This document shows, in pieces, positions 10,525 through 20,885 of a DNA stretch of 64,000 nt (positions are counted from its first letter, which is position 1; every line of letters starts with the position of its first letter). Below the pieces are notes generated by a model, which worked only from the letters and a program-made list of their open reading frames with translations, had not been told where the DNA came from and searched no databases. A program made the translations under genes and the position numbers. The stretch lies in IMG/VR virus record IMGVR_UViG_3300025133_005019. One strand, given 5' to 3'. The DNA is from an uncultured virus (IMG/VR IMGVR_UViG_3300025133_005019) (taxonomy: Duplodnaviria; Heunggongvirae; Uroviricota; Caudoviricetes).

Positions 10525-11132
10525 TTAAAATCCTTTATGTAACTTACATCTGGATATGTATGTGATCCAGCTTTATCTTCGTTGTAGTCTGGCAGTATTT
10601 GTAATTTACTCAAACCAATTTGTGCAATCTCTGGTGTCATAAAGTAGTGCCAACCCAAGAATGTAATAGTATCTTCTTCGTATGGTACGCTCATATCTCT
10701 GCCATCGTGTACTGCACGTTGCGCCCAATTGTAAAATTCTCGATCGTCTGAGAGAATCATTCCGCCTTTAACAGTGCTGAGAATTTTCTTAAACTGAAAA
10801 CTAATACAAGTACTAGTGCCACTTTCGTACATTCCTCGACGCAATCGCGGAGCACAATCTACAACATTGGTGTTACCTATAGTATAACATCCAGTCCACT
10901 CTTTGTCAACAAAATTAACATCAAGTCCTAAGTGTATGCATTGCATAGGCGCACTAACATATGTGTTCTTGGGCATACTAACACTGGTGAAACCTTTTTG
11001 TTGTTTGTCGTAATACAAACTCAAGAACAGTGCGTGTGTACAACAGTCGGTGGCAATAGCATACTTGCTTCCGCAATACTCTGCCATTTGTTTTTCAAAT
11101 TCACTTACTAAGTGAAATGGATTCATACTCAC
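10521..11132 (-). CDS. Short DegT/DnrJ/EryC1/StrS PLP aminotransferase
   Basis: FEKQMAEYCGSKYAIA, CTHAL, VDCA, SFQFKK, GGMI; only 203 aa. Confidence 0.75.
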   Translation of the reverse strand: MSMNPFHLVSEFEKQMAEYCGSKYAIATDCCTHALFLSLYYDKQQKGFTSVSMPKNTYVSAPMQCIHLGLDVNFVDKEWTGCYTIGNTNVVDCAPRLRRGMYESGTSTCISFQFKKILSTVKGGMILSDDREFYNWAQRAVHDGRDMSVPYEEDTITFLGWHYFMTPEIAQIGLSKLQILPDYNEDKAGSHTYPDVSYIKDFK

Positions 11133-11184
11133 AATAGTCCTAGCTCCTTTAGATATAGTTCGGCTTGCAAGAAGATATTCTTTT

Positions 11185-11559
11185 TCATAATGGGTTACTG
11201 TTTTCGTCTATTTTAACAATAGGAGGATTGCTATCGTTCCAACGTTGTGTTAACATACTAACAAACTTAAAATCTGTTAGTGCAATAAATGTATGTGCTA
11301 CGCCAATTGGTATTCGTATACTATCACCCACTGTGAGTGTTTTTTCATACACTGTATCGCCGTACTCTTTGAACAAGCACTCTCCGTCAACAATGAGCAT
11401 ATACTCTACAAAGTGCGGATGGTAATGATATCCTCTGGCGTCTCCTTGTTTTGTGATCATAAGATTGTATTCTACAATATTTTCATCAGGATAAAAACTA
11501 CGAATAGTTCCTCTGTGATCTTCAAACAAGTCAGCTTCTAAAAATTTTACTTTATGCAT
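11185..11559 (-). CDS. Cupin protein (sugar isomerase/epimerase-like)
   Basis: FEDHRG, RGYHYH, E, IPIGVAH cupin motifs. Confidence 0.75.
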   Translation of the reverse strand: MHKVKFLEADLFEDHRGTIRSFYPDENIVEYNLMITKQGDARGYHYHPHFVEYMLIVDGECLFKEYGDTVYEKTLTVGDSIRIPIGVAHTFIALTDFKFVSMLTQRWNDSNPPIVKIDENSNPL

Positions 11560-12338
11560 TTTAATACTCGTCGAACAACTTCGGCATTAACAACACCATC
11601 AGGGTGTGCTTTATCTGAGCTTTGTATTGTTCTGTTGTCTATTCGTTTGTGTAATAATGATATTGGATATTCAAAATGATACAAGTCTTGTGATTTCAAA
11701 TCTTCGATGAATTGTGTCCAAGATGAACAAACCACAGTTCTATCATTTGTTAGCAACCTTGCCATCAAAAGATTCTTTTGATAGTTATATTTATGCAGTT
11801 CTTCATCGTCGCATATTTCCAAAGCCTCCATTGTAGTTAGTGCTGCTGTGTCTCTTGTGATAAAACCACGTTTGCCGCCTAGTACTGTAGACTGCAATAT
11901 TCTACTGGGTTGTGTCCAAAGTATAACAGTAAGATCAGGCTTTACTATTTCATTGTAACAGTATAGTCTATTTACAATTTCATCGTTGGATGCACCAGGC
12001 TCAGCAAAATTGTAAACCACACAGTCATCTATTTGTTTTTCAAGGTGACCGGCTAAAGTTTCTGTGTCGGGTATGTTTGCTCCAAACGCAAAGCTACATC
12101 CGTAGATTGCTACTTTATAGCATTTGTCAAACTCTTTGTGTCTATGCAGTCTAAGGTTATCGTCCCTGAATCCCCATCTGTTATTTTTACAAAAAACTCC
12201 AAATCCGATATCACGTTGGTGAGAAAAGTCCATAGATTCGTTTCTATGATTTTTGCTTACTAAGTATTCAACATCCGCTAACTCAGTTGGTCTTAAAGCA
12301 GGCCAAAACTCATTGGTATCCATTGGAATGTGAATCAT
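11547..12338 (-). CDS. SGNH/GDSL-like hydrolase or acyltransferase
   Basis: GCSFAFG, NFAEPGASN, DKAHP. Confidence 0.65.
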   Translation of the reverse strand: MIHIPMDTNEFWPALRPTELADVEYLVSKNHRNESMDFSHQRDIGFGVFCKNNRWGFRDDNLRLHRHKEFDKCYKVAIYGCSFAFGANIPDTETLAGHLEKQIDDCVVYNFAEPGASNDEIVNRLYCYNEIVKPDLTVILWTQPSRILQSTVLGGKRGFITRDTAALTTMEALEICDDEELHKYNYQKNLLMARLLTNDRTVVCSSWTQFIEDLKSQDLYHFEYPISLLHKRIDNRTIQSSDKAHPDGVVNAEVVRRVLKCIK

Positions 12339-13174
12339 TTTATAATATCCAATACAAGTTTTTCATTAAACAGTTCCAATTGGTGATTGCTGCTGTTCTT
12401 CACTAGTTCAACTGCTTGATCGTAGTCAGCTATGAAGTCCTCAACAGGCTGTAGATTTAGCTTTGTCATTTTGCTATGACTAAACAAAAACTTTTCGCAC
12501 CATTCGTAGCTAACAACAGCATCTGGTTGCAGTGCAATTGCACGTTGTTTGAAAACTTCAGCCAACTCAATATATTTTTGTACATCTGCCAACGACACAA
12601 GATCATCAACTACAACACTGCTGGTATCTGTGCCGTGACACACACCAGTGATTTGATTGCGTTTTAAACTTGCAGCTCGGTCTAGGATGTTGTTTCTTAC
12701 TAACACAATTACAGTAGTGTTTGTTCGGTCAATCCAGCTTAAATCTTGTATTTGATAATCTAGTATCTTTATCACCCAGGGCTTACATTGTTGCAGTAAT
12801 TTGATTCGACGTTGTTGTTCATTGACTGTACTGTGATTGTGCAACAGTTCTCGTTGATGCCAAGGCACTGTAAGTGCTTCAATTGTGTCTGCTTTTAGCA
12901 CAGGATATTGAAAATGACAATCACTGTGGTCCACACTTTGATAGTAACTGTTTAGCCACTCCCAATTGCCTGACTCATAATGACGGTCTACTGTTTCTGT
13001 CCACATAGTGCCGCCGTCGGCGACACGGGGATAAAATCTATCCACGACATCCAAATATTCTTTTTTACATTCGTTTATATAAGGATGATAAACTCTCTTA
13101 TAATCAATGAGCATACTGACAAGAGCAGTACTTCCGCTGCGTGTTTGTGAAAATACCATTACATTCTGTTTCAC
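12335..13174 (-). CDS. Sulfotransferase-like P-loop protein
   Basis: TRSGST (5'-PSB), LVRNNILDRAAS (3'-PB), SYE. Confidence 0.65.
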   Translation of the reverse strand: MKQNVMVFSQTRSGSTALVSMLIDYKRVYHPYINECKKEYLDVVDRFYPRVADGGTMWTETVDRHYESGNWEWLNSYYQSVDHSDCHFQYPVLKADTIEALTVPWHQRELLHNHSTVNEQQRRIKLLQQCKPWVIKILDYQIQDLSWIDRTNTTVIVLVRNNILDRAASLKRNQITGVCHGTDTSSVVVDDLVSLADVQKYIELAEVFKQRAIALQPDAVVSYEWCEKFLFSHSKMTKLNLQPVEDFIADYDQAVELVKNSSNHQLELFNEKLVLDIIK

Positions 13175-13740
13175 GTGACTATCTCACAGTTTCTAATATT
13201 TAATACGTCCACTTGCGGGTGATGTCTAGCGTGTCCATATACATTTGAAGCTCCTGTAACAGTGTTTAGTGGTACTATAGCACGATCCATATATACAGCT
13301 TTGGTACGAGCATCCAGGCTAGCCAAAGCATTTACGTGATTGGCAACACATATTTCACTGTGTATTCCCCAAACAAACGCATGACGATACGCATTATAAC
13401 CGTGATGATTGTACGTCGGAGTTTCGGCAATAGATGTCCATTCTACAGGCACGCCGTGATTTTTTCTTAAATCTTCTATAGCAGGATGCGGTTTTGCTTT
13501 CTTTCCGAGCTTGTACATCAAGATTGGGTTTGAATCTGCAATTTTGCGAAACACAGGTTGACTCCACCAAAATTCTAAGAACTGTTTAACACAGTAACTG
13601 ATGTGGTTGTTGTATTCTGGATTGTCCCAATACCCCGGAGCACAAATGTCACTGCCTACAATAATACTGCGCCCTGGATCGATACAGTACTCTAATCGCC
13701 TGTCTGTAAAGTGTCCACTAACAAGATGAGTTTGTGTCAT
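13171..13740 (-). CDS. Cysteine hydrolase (isochorismatase-like) protein
   Basis: Early Asp in IIVGSD plus the 'VWGIHSEICV' motif. Confidence 0.45.
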   Translation of the reverse strand: MTQTHLVSGHFTDRRLEYCIDPGRSIIVGSDICAPGYWDNPEYNNHISYCVKQFLEFWWSQPVFRKIADSNPILMYKLGKKAKPHPAIEDLRKNHGVPVEWTSIAETPTYNHHGYNAYRHAFVWGIHSEICVANHVNALASLDARTKAVYMDRAIVPLNTVTGASNVYGHARHHPQVDVLNIRNCEIVT

Positions 13741-14528
13741 AACCGCATACCCTTGAATACTGTTTTCTTAAACAGTTTATTTTCTTTATCAATATACTCA
13801 AATAGTTTATTTGGTATTCCTAGTTTATTACATGCATTGTTCATCGCTAGTACATCCTTGGGCAAACAAGCACCACCATATCCTCTTAATTCAGGTTTGA
13901 CATCCAAGTATTCATCTGGTAAATCACTGTTACGTAAGAATGCTTCTTTAATTGTATCATAGTCAGCACCCATTTTATCACTTATCTCAAACATTACATT
14001 AGAGAATACTACACGTAACGCATTGAATGTATTGTGATAATACTTCATAAGTTCTGCTTCTGTTGGTGAAACTCTCATAATGTCTTCTGGTAGTTTACCA
14101 TGTGAACGTTGTACTAGATAGTAATAGTTTACGTTATCTGTTCCAACTAACAACAACTTGTGGTTAAATATAAAGTCATACTCTGCACTTCGTTCTTTTA
14201 AGAATTCTGGAACAAATACAATTCTATCATCGTACTGTTCTACTAATCTTTCAGTTGTGCCAGGTTCTACTGTTGACTTAATACCTATTACGCCTTCATA
14301 GTTTGCGTGACGTAATTCAGCAACAACACTTTCTACAATACTTGTGTCGCATTCACCGTTGTCGTTTGTTGGTGTAGGAACACATAGATACACAATCTCT
14401 GCTTCTAACAAATCTTCTATCTTTGTGTCAAGTGTAATGTCATGTGGTATAACTGTGTACCCACAATGTTCAAAGCCTGTCTTACATGCTTTGCCTACTA
14501 CTCCTAATCCTACTATTCCTATTTTCAT
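13737..14528 (-). CDS. UDP-glucose/GDP-mannose dehydrogenase family (no C-terminal domain)
   Basis: MKIGIVGLGVVG, CVPTP, KSTVEPG, PEFL, GYGGACLPKD; start placed at 14528. Confidence 0.85.
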   Translation of the reverse strand: MKIGIVGLGVVGKACKTGFEHCGYTVIPHDITLDTKIEDLLEAEIVYLCVPTPTNDNGECDTSIVESVVAELRHANYEGVIGIKSTVEPGTTERLVEQYDDRIVFVPEFLKERSAEYDFIFNHKLLLVGTDNVNYYYLVQRSHGKLPEDIMRVSPTEAELMKYYHNTFNALRVVFSNVMFEISDKMGADYDTIKEAFLRNSDLPDEYLDVKPELRGYGGACLPKDVLAMNNACNKLGIPNKLFEYIDKENKLFKKTVFKGMRL

Positions 14529-15052
14529 CCTTGCTTCCACTTTACACTGCAACCAAATGATGGGTTTGGTTCCCAATCAATTGACTTGCCTGCTAATGTT
14601 AAATCTAATGCATGACGTAGACTGCTACCAGTTGGCATCAAATCATTGCTTGTATGCGATGGGTCAAACTCACCGTGATATACTACTGCGCCCTCTTTGT
14701 TTGTGATGTAAAACTCTGGAGTACATACAGCACCCCAATCACGTGCCACTGTTTGGTCAGCATCGTAATAATAGTCACATTGTAAATCGAATTTATTTTG
14801 AAACTGTGGCATATACTCTGGAGCGTCTTCTAGTTTACTGTCTGCGGTATCCGGTGTATGATCGTTACTGTTAACAGCAGTAATTTTTACTATGTCTTTG
14901 TAGTCGCGTACAAACTGGCTAATAGCTGGCATGCGAAACAGCACATAAGGACAATGGTTACAGATAATCATAACAATATTTATCTTGCCTGGTTCCATTG
15001 AATGGAAGAAAGGTGGTTTTTTGCCAATCATGTTTTCACTTGTTAGTAGCAT
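14525..15052 (-). CDS. Thioredoxin-fold (AhpC/TSA-like) protein
   Basis: ICNHCPYV, GAVCTPEF, GCSVKW. Confidence 0.85.
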   Translation of the reverse strand: MLLTSENMIGKKPPFFHSMEPGKINIVMIICNHCPYVLFRMPAISQFVRDYKDIVKITAVNSNDHTPDTADSKLEDAPEYMPQFQNKFDLQCDYYYDADQTVARDWGAVCTPEFYITNKEGAVVYHGEFDPSHTSNDLMPTGSSLRHALDLTLAGKSIDWEPNPSFGCSVKWKQG

Positions 15053-15053
15053 A

Positions 15054-15908
15054 TTATTTTCCTAATGTCTTGCGTAAACCTGTGTCTACGTCTGTCCAAG
15101 TGTAGTCTCCTACAATACTCTTAATCTTAGATAAGTCTGGAGCACGGCGTGCGGTACTACCTGGCTTTGACTGTTCTTCGGTTAGTTCTGTGTTACATCC
15201 AATGATGTTTACAATACGCTCAGCCATGTCCATAATGGTTAATTCAAATGGTGAACCAATATTAATAATTTGATTCTTTTCGTACATAGCAGCTTTGGTT
15301 AAGTTAACAGCGTCATCAATATAACAGAAGCTACGTGTTTCACTAGCACCCCATACACGGCCATCACCTTTAACAACACGTTCAGCAAACTCTGGAATAA
15401 AGTGTAGCACTTGATCCGCGCCAAACACATTGTGGTAACGTACAATAGTATAAGTGTTGCCATGCTCTACGCTGTGACTTATTACAGCACTTTCCATAGC
15501 TATCTTACCAGCAGCATAACACCAACGTGGGTTGGTAATATCTTCAATGCTTAGTACAACGTTTTCTGGAGTAGGCACTGGTGCCCATCCTTGATTAACA
15601 GTACTAGCATATTCTTCGCTAGTGCCAGCATACACCCAGTGTGCGTTAGGATAACGATTTAACAAGTTCATTGTTGGTGTAACAATACTTGACAACACTG
15701 TGAAAGGTGTGCTATAAAAGTTTTGAGTACTATTAAAAGCAGCTAGGTGTATTACTACAGTAACATCATCAGGTAAACTGTTTACAAACTCTGTGTCAGC
15801 TAAGTCACCATTGTAATCACATCCTGCTCTATCTACTGTAATAACGTTTCCCAAGCTACGTGTTAAACTACGACCTATAAAGCCGTCAGCGCCAGTTAGT
15901 AAAATCAT
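15054..15908 (-). CDS. NAD-dependent epimerase/dehydratase
   Basis: TGADGFIG, HLAA, YAAGK, RSFCYIDD. Confidence 0.9.
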   Translation of the reverse strand: MILLTGADGFIGRSLTRSLGNVITVDRAGCDYNGDLADTEFVNSLPDDVTVVIHLAAFNSTQNFYSTPFTVLSSIVTPTMNLLNRYPNAHWVYAGTSEEYASTVNQGWAPVPTPENVVLSIEDITNPRWCYAAGKIAMESAVISHSVEHGNTYTIVRYHNVFGADQVLHFIPEFAERVVKGDGRVWGASETRSFCYIDDAVNLTKAAMYEKNQIINIGSPFELTIMDMAERIVNIIGCNTELTEEQSKPGSTARRAPDLSKIKSIVGDYTWTDVDTGLRKTLGK

Positions 15909-15923
15909 TAAGTGAACCTCTTG

Positions 15924-15949
15924 GATAAATAATTATAATAGTATTTATC
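15924..15949. promoter_or_regulatory. Pair of oppositely oriented late-promoter-like ATAAATA boxes
   Basis: GATAAATA (+, 15924-15931) and TATTTATC (15942-15949) in the short gap between divergent genes. Confidence 0.6.
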
Positions 15950-15962
15950 TATGGAGAAAACA

Positions 15963-17315
15963 ATGTTTGATTATAGCTACAAATTTTATTTTCCAGACTA
16001 TAAACGCCCAGCTGTGCATGGATATGGCATTGGTGTTGATAACTGGCCATTTAACAAAGAACTTCAATACCAAGATAGTAACTGGTGTGATTTCTTTCAA
16101 ACACACCAGTTTACTAGTACAGACACTGGCTACATTGAAGATAATGCAAAACAGCTTAATTATTATATTACCAATGAACGTCCAACAGGTGCATACTTTT
16201 ATTATGTAAACTTAGATACTAACCGTTTGGGACAATTAGATTTCTTCTGTAGTGCGTTTAGACGTGACAGTGGTTATATGACTTGGCAACTTCCAGATGA
16301 TGTAGCAGAAGACGTAGACAATGGACGTTGTAAAATTGTCTTAGACAACAGCTTGGAAGGTTTCCCAGTCAAAAATTTTGACTGGGACGTATTTTACGAA
16401 CGTACAAAGCTAAAGCCTGAAAACTTTATTTTTGTAACAGGTGATTTCAGCCTATCACTAAATGATCGTATTCCAACAGTATATCGCAACAGTTGGGAAC
16501 GCAGTATGATGCGATATACTAACATACGCGATCTTTGGCAAAAACGCATGTATGAGCATTGCGCAAATCGTTTGCAGCGTCCGTTTAAAGGGATAGCACT
16601 AAACAGACTTATGCGTCCACATCGTATTATGATTGCAAAACTAATCAATGATAGAAAGCTACAATCTGCTATTAACTACAGCTTTGGTATTGTGACACAT
16701 CACGGCGACAATGCGCCAGACGTAGTAAACCGCATACCAGAACAAGTGGAAAACATAGTAGCCGGCACAAGTCAAATCTTTGGCGTGCCATATGAACTCT
16801 TGGAAAACTTTGTACACGAGCATGGCGAAAAGAATATCATACAAGAGGAGGGTTTGAATCTACACATTAACCAAGCTACTAACTATGAGAACGCTATTCT
16901 ACAAGCATACGACGAAAGTTATTTTAGTTTAGTAGCAGAAACAAACTATTATCAAAAAACTATATTTCAAAGTGAAAAAATATTTAAACCTATAATGATG
17001 TTACAGCCATTTGTAGTAGCAGCAGAGCCAGGAGCAATTCAAGCTATGCGCGACTTAGGTTATGATGTGTTTGATGATTACTTAAACCACAGCTATGATG
17101 AGATAAAAGATCATATGGAACGTATGATTGCATTGTTTAATGAAGTTGAACGACTAAGCGCAATACCACATAAAACTTGGCAAAACTGGCGTTTTGAAAT
17201 GTTGCCACGTAATCAGCAAAACTTAGCCAAATTACAAAACGCATCGTTTAAATATAATACACTACACGAGCCGGTGTACAAAGGTTCAAAGCTAAAGTTT
17301 GCTAGCCATCATTAA
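15963..17315 (+). CDS. Glycosyltransferase-like protein of uncertain family
   Basis: LNR..RPHR, 'FSLVAET...SEKIFKPI...PFVV', 'GYDVFDD..NHSYD'; GGAG RBS before ATG 15963. Confidence 0.5.
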   Translation: MFDYSYKFYFPDYKRPAVHGYGIGVDNWPFNKELQYQDSNWCDFFQTHQFTSTDTGYIEDNAKQLNYYITNERPTGAYFYYVNLDTNRLGQLDFFCSAFRRDSGYMTWQLPDDVAEDVDNGRCKIVLDNSLEGFPVKNFDWDVFYERTKLKPENFIFVTGDFSLSLNDRIPTVYRNSWERSMMRYTNIRDLWQKRMYEHCANRLQRPFKGIALNRLMRPHRIMIAKLINDRKLQSAINYSFGIVTHHGDNAPDVVNRIPEQVENIVAGTSQIFGVPYELLENFVHEHGEKNIIQEEGLNLHINQATNYENAILQAYDESYFSLVAETNYYQKTIFQSEKIFKPIMMLQPFVVAAEPGAIQAMRDLGYDVFDDYLNHSYDEIKDHMERMIALFNEVERLSAIPHKTWQNWRFEMLPRNQQNLAKLQNASFKYNTLHEPVYKGSKLKFASHH

Positions 17316-17344
17316 AGAAATCTACTAGCACGAGCGAGCAATGG

Positions 17345-18583
17345 TTAGCATTTTTTGCCTCGGGTGTTGCCGTAGTGAATAACTGTACAACCAGCCTTTT
17401 CAAATTTGCGCCATGGATCAACTATTATACTGCCATCCTCAAATGTGCAATAAGTTATATCTGTGCTGGCACCGCCTTGTTGCATGTACTTGTATGTTGT
17501 ACTTGCACTATGCGCTAATAACACCACGCCCTTTATTGAATCTGGTGTAGTAGATTCTGTTAATGGATCTATATACTCAACATTAAATCCACTAGCCTCA
17601 ATGTAGTGCGCAATTAACATACTATAACTTCCATTTATGTATGGAACACCTGGCTTGTATGCTTTGCCGTGGATGTAAATAGGAAGTTTGTGTTCTGTGG
17701 CCAGATGAATTAAACGAAGTGCTATATTTTCTGCTTGAATTTCTCGTGCATTCATAATAGAATCAAATAAATCATATCCTAAGTCTAATTGATTTGCCAT
17801 ATAACGTAGTGCAATGTTATCACGTGGGTGACAAGCACCACCGTCTCCCATTCCAGCAGTCATGTATTGTGGTCCCATGATACGCATTGTAGATTTGGCT
17901 AATGCTTCAGTTACTATATCTACATTGATATTGCCTTGTTTTTCAGCAACGTCTTGTATCATGTTCACAAGGCCTACTTTAGCACTAATAAATGTATTAT
18001 AAAATACTTTAATACATTCACACTCATCCCATGTGCCGACAATGTAACGAGGTTCATTTTCCATAATAGTTTTATAGAAGTCAGTTAGCTGTTTAGCAGC
18101 ACCTGTTTCTGAACCATCTTCAGTGCCAACCATAACCATTTCTGGATTAATCATATCCCATGCCACAGAACCCATAGCAATAAGATATGGATTGTAAACA
18201 AATCGTGCATTGTGAATTAAATCGACAAATTGACTGCGAGTAGTGCCAGGTAACACTGTAGAAATTAAAACTAATAATTGGTTTTTATTCATATGTTTGT
18301 CAGCTTCCATTATACATTCTTTAACAATGCTATAATCAAAGTCTTTTGGATTTAAATGTGCAGTGGGTCCACTCCCATCATAATCTGGATCATGTGGAGT
18401 TGGAACAGCAATGAATACAATATCACTATCGTAAGTTACTTCTTTGATAGTATCAACTACGTTAACCAACTCACTTGACACATTAGCTACATCATATCCT
18501 TTGACTATGTGTCCTTTTTTTGCAATGCCCTCAGCACATGGCATGCCTAATTTACCAATGCCTATAAAGCCTATGTTATTCAA
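17345..18583 (-). CDS. UDP-glucose/GDP-mannose dehydrogenase family
   Basis: GIGKLG, AVPTP, STVLPG, GDGGACHPRD, GKAYKP; TTG start with AGGAG. Confidence 0.88.
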   Translation of the reverse strand: MNNIGFIGIGKLGMPCAEGIAKKGHIVKGYDVANVSSELVNVVDTIKEVTYDSDIVFIAVPTPHDPDYDGSGPTAHLNPKDFDYSIVKECIMEADKHMNKNQLLVLISTVLPGTTRSQFVDLIHNARFVYNPYLIAMGSVAWDMINPEMVMVGTEDGSETGAAKQLTDFYKTIMENEPRYIVGTWDECECIKVFYNTFISAKVGLVNMIQDVAEKQGNINVDIVTEALAKSTMRIMGPQYMTAGMGDGGACHPRDNIALRYMANQLDLGYDLFDSIMNAREIQAENIALRLIHLATEHKLPIYIHGKAYKPGVPYINGSYSMLIAHYIEASGFNVEYIDPLTESTTPDSIKGVVLLAHSASTTYKYMQQGGASTDITYCTFEDGSIIVDPWRKFEKAGCTVIHYGNTRGKKC

Positions 18584-18613
18584 TTTTAATTCTCCTAAAT
18601 TGTTTAATATAAG

Positions 18614-18636
18614 GTATTTATCCTTAGTATAAATAC
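18614..18636. promoter_or_regulatory. Back-to-back late-promoter-like boxes
   Basis: GTATTTATC (GATAAATAC on -) and TATAAATAC (+) between divergent genes; TATAAATA is the T4 late consensus. Confidence 0.65.
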
Positions 18637-18640
18637 ATAC

Positions 18641-19360
18641 ATGGCCCGTATTATGATTTATTCCACACCTCGCAGTGGTAGCAACTATGTCAATGGTATA
18701 TTAAATGATTACACTGATCTAACATGGTGGGAATATCCGTATCGGTCTGAATTGTATAATAATGTAAGTGATGAGATATATGGAAAATATCTAGCCGCGG
18801 CAAATCAATATGCACGGAATTCTACAAATCTTGTTTGGAAAATGCATCCAAATGAATTGTTAGTTGATAGATTAAAGCCATTTCAATCTGAAATACACGA
18901 AATGATTACTATACCTGATTACGTATTGGCTATCACTAGGCGAAACTTAGTAGAAGTAACGATCAGTCATTCTATTAGTGCAGTTAATAACTGTTGGATA
19001 CCACCGTGGAACTATGATAGATTCAGTATTAGAACAGAGTTTTTTGAATATATGTGTCAGCATGTGTTAGGGAACTACTATACATTTATAGATAATGTAT
19101 ATAATGTTAAGATTGATCGCTTGATATTCTTTGAAGATTTAGTTAAGATACCTAGGTATGATTTAAAATATCTGAATTTAAGTACCGAAGAACCTATCTA
19201 TAATAAGATAAAAAAGAATATGTCACCAGCACCTGCAAAACATGAATTAGTAAGTAATTATGAGCACTTATACGATATTGCATCCGAATACTTTGATAAT
19301 ATATCCAACGATAGGTTAATAATTAAGAATGGCATACTAACTGCTATTGCAATGGATTAA
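18641..19360 (+). CDS. Sulfotransferase-like protein, tandem copy 1
   Basis: PRSGSNY, WKMHP, TRRNL..S, FFEDL. Confidence 0.65.
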   Translation: MARIMIYSTPRSGSNYVNGILNDYTDLTWWEYPYRSELYNNVSDEIYGKYLAAANQYARNSTNLVWKMHPNELLVDRLKPFQSEIHEMITIPDYVLAITRRNLVEVTISHSISAVNNCWIPPWNYDRFSIRTEFFEYMCQHVLGNYYTFIDNVYNVKIDRLIFFEDLVKIPRYDLKYLNLSTEEPIYNKIKKNMSPAPAKHELVSNYEHLYDIASEYFDNISNDRLIIKNGILTAIAMD

Positions 19361-19365
19361 ATATA

Positions 19366-20106
19366 ATGAATGAAAAAATAATGATATATGCTACTGGTAG
19401 AACTGGTAGCAATTATTTACATAATACTATATATAACAACATGGACGTTGATTACTTTACCTGCCCTATCAACAATGATCGTACGAAGCAATTATTTAAA
19501 TCTGGAGTTGATATTGAATCACGTCTAGAATCTCATATAGCAGCAATCGAATCACAGTCACGACATATTGTATGGAAAACACATCCTAATCAACTAGCCA
19601 ATCATAAGCTATTAAGTGATTATTATCCGTATATAGAACGATTCTGTCAGATTCCAACATATGTCATAGGATTAACCAGAAAAGATTTAATACAAAGTAC
19701 CATGAGTAGAATAATAGCACGAACCACAGATACATGGACACCGCCGTATAATACTAATAAAATAAGTGTGTTACCACTTAAAGTGGAACATTTCTGTCAG
19801 TTTACATTGCATCGTAGCCTTTATGAATTTGCCAGAAATAGACATAACCTAAAGGTCAACACTATGATATATTATGAAGACTTGCAGTTCAATGATACCG
19901 ACATAACACTACTGGGATTAGACCATATAGCACCGACGAATCAAGATACGGTTAAAATAATCCATGAAAAAACGCCAGACAAAAAAGCTATAGTGGATAA
20001 TTATAACCAAGTGGAAGATATGGTATCAGAGTATTATCGTGATGTATCTCTTGATTGGATTAATATATCAGACGGTAAGATTACGGATATTGAGTTAAAA
20101 TTCTAA
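19366..20106 (+). CDS. Sulfotransferase-like protein, tandem copy 2
   Basis: GRTGSNY, WKTHP, TRKDL..S, YYEDL. Confidence 0.65.
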   Translation: MNEKIMIYATGRTGSNYLHNTIYNNMDVDYFTCPINNDRTKQLFKSGVDIESRLESHIAAIESQSRHIVWKTHPNQLANHKLLSDYYPYIERFCQIPTYVIGLTRKDLIQSTMSRIIARTTDTWTPPYNTNKISVLPLKVEHFCQFTLHRSLYEFARNRHNLKVNTMIYYEDLQFNDTDITLLGLDHIAPTNQDTVKIIHEKTPDKKAIVDNYNQVEDMVSEYYRDVSLDWINISDGKITDIELKF

Positions 20107-20885
20107 TGAAAGTCCTTGTATATGGCAGCCCCCGATCAGGCACGACTTATCTTACTAATCTGTTAGTGGTATACACAAATGGTAATAGAACATACGCTGA
20201 ACCTATTAATGAACGCAACCTGCCTTGTGATATAGATAGTAGAGATACGTACCTAGACGATCTTATATCTGAATTAAATTCCAATGAGAACTATGTATTA
20301 AAAATGCATGCCAAGCCAATGGATGATCTTGAAGATTACTATATCTCACATGATAGAGAAACCACCTTCTTCCAACAATTTATTACTATACCTGATTATG
20401 CCATCGCAGTTATCAGACGAAACCTATTCGATGTCGCTATAAGCCTAGCCTATAGCATACATACTAAAGCATGGATACATCCTTACCCAACTGATACCAT
20501 CACAGTTGACCCTGTCGCATTCAAACAACAATGCCATGTAGCATACATATCACAATACTTAACACTGCAAAATAACTATTACATTCCATTCAATGAACTA
20601 GTCGTATACGAAGACTTATTCTCATTAGACACAGATGAAGATAGATTCGCAAGCCTATCATTGTGTAAAGACTTCGATATAGAGTTAGTCAACTTCGAGC
20701 CGCGACATGACATGATGATTAATCGTATGACGAAAGCACCATCAAAACAAAATATTATTAAAAATTACGCAGAGTTAGAAAATATAGCCGTCGGCGTCTT
20801 TAATCAAATTCCGCCCAATTGCTTTATTACGTTAAACGGATACAATATCGAAACATATAACGATAGGAATCTGTTCAATGATTAA
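20106..20885 (+). CDS. Sulfotransferase-like protein, tandem copy 3
   Basis: PRSGTTY, EP, LKMH, RRNLFD..IS, VYEDL. Confidence 0.7.
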   Translation: MKVLVYGSPRSGTTYLTNLLVVYTNGNRTYAEPINERNLPCDIDSRDTYLDDLISELNSNENYVLKMHAKPMDDLEDYYISHDRETTFFQQFITIPDYAIAVIRRNLFDVAISLAYSIHTKAWIHPYPTDTITVDPVAFKQQCHVAYISQYLTLQNNYYIPFNELVVYEDLFSLDTDEDRFASLSLCKDFDIELVNFEPRHDMMINRMTKAPSKQNIIKNYAELENIAVGVFNQIPPNCFITLNGYNIETYNDRNLFND

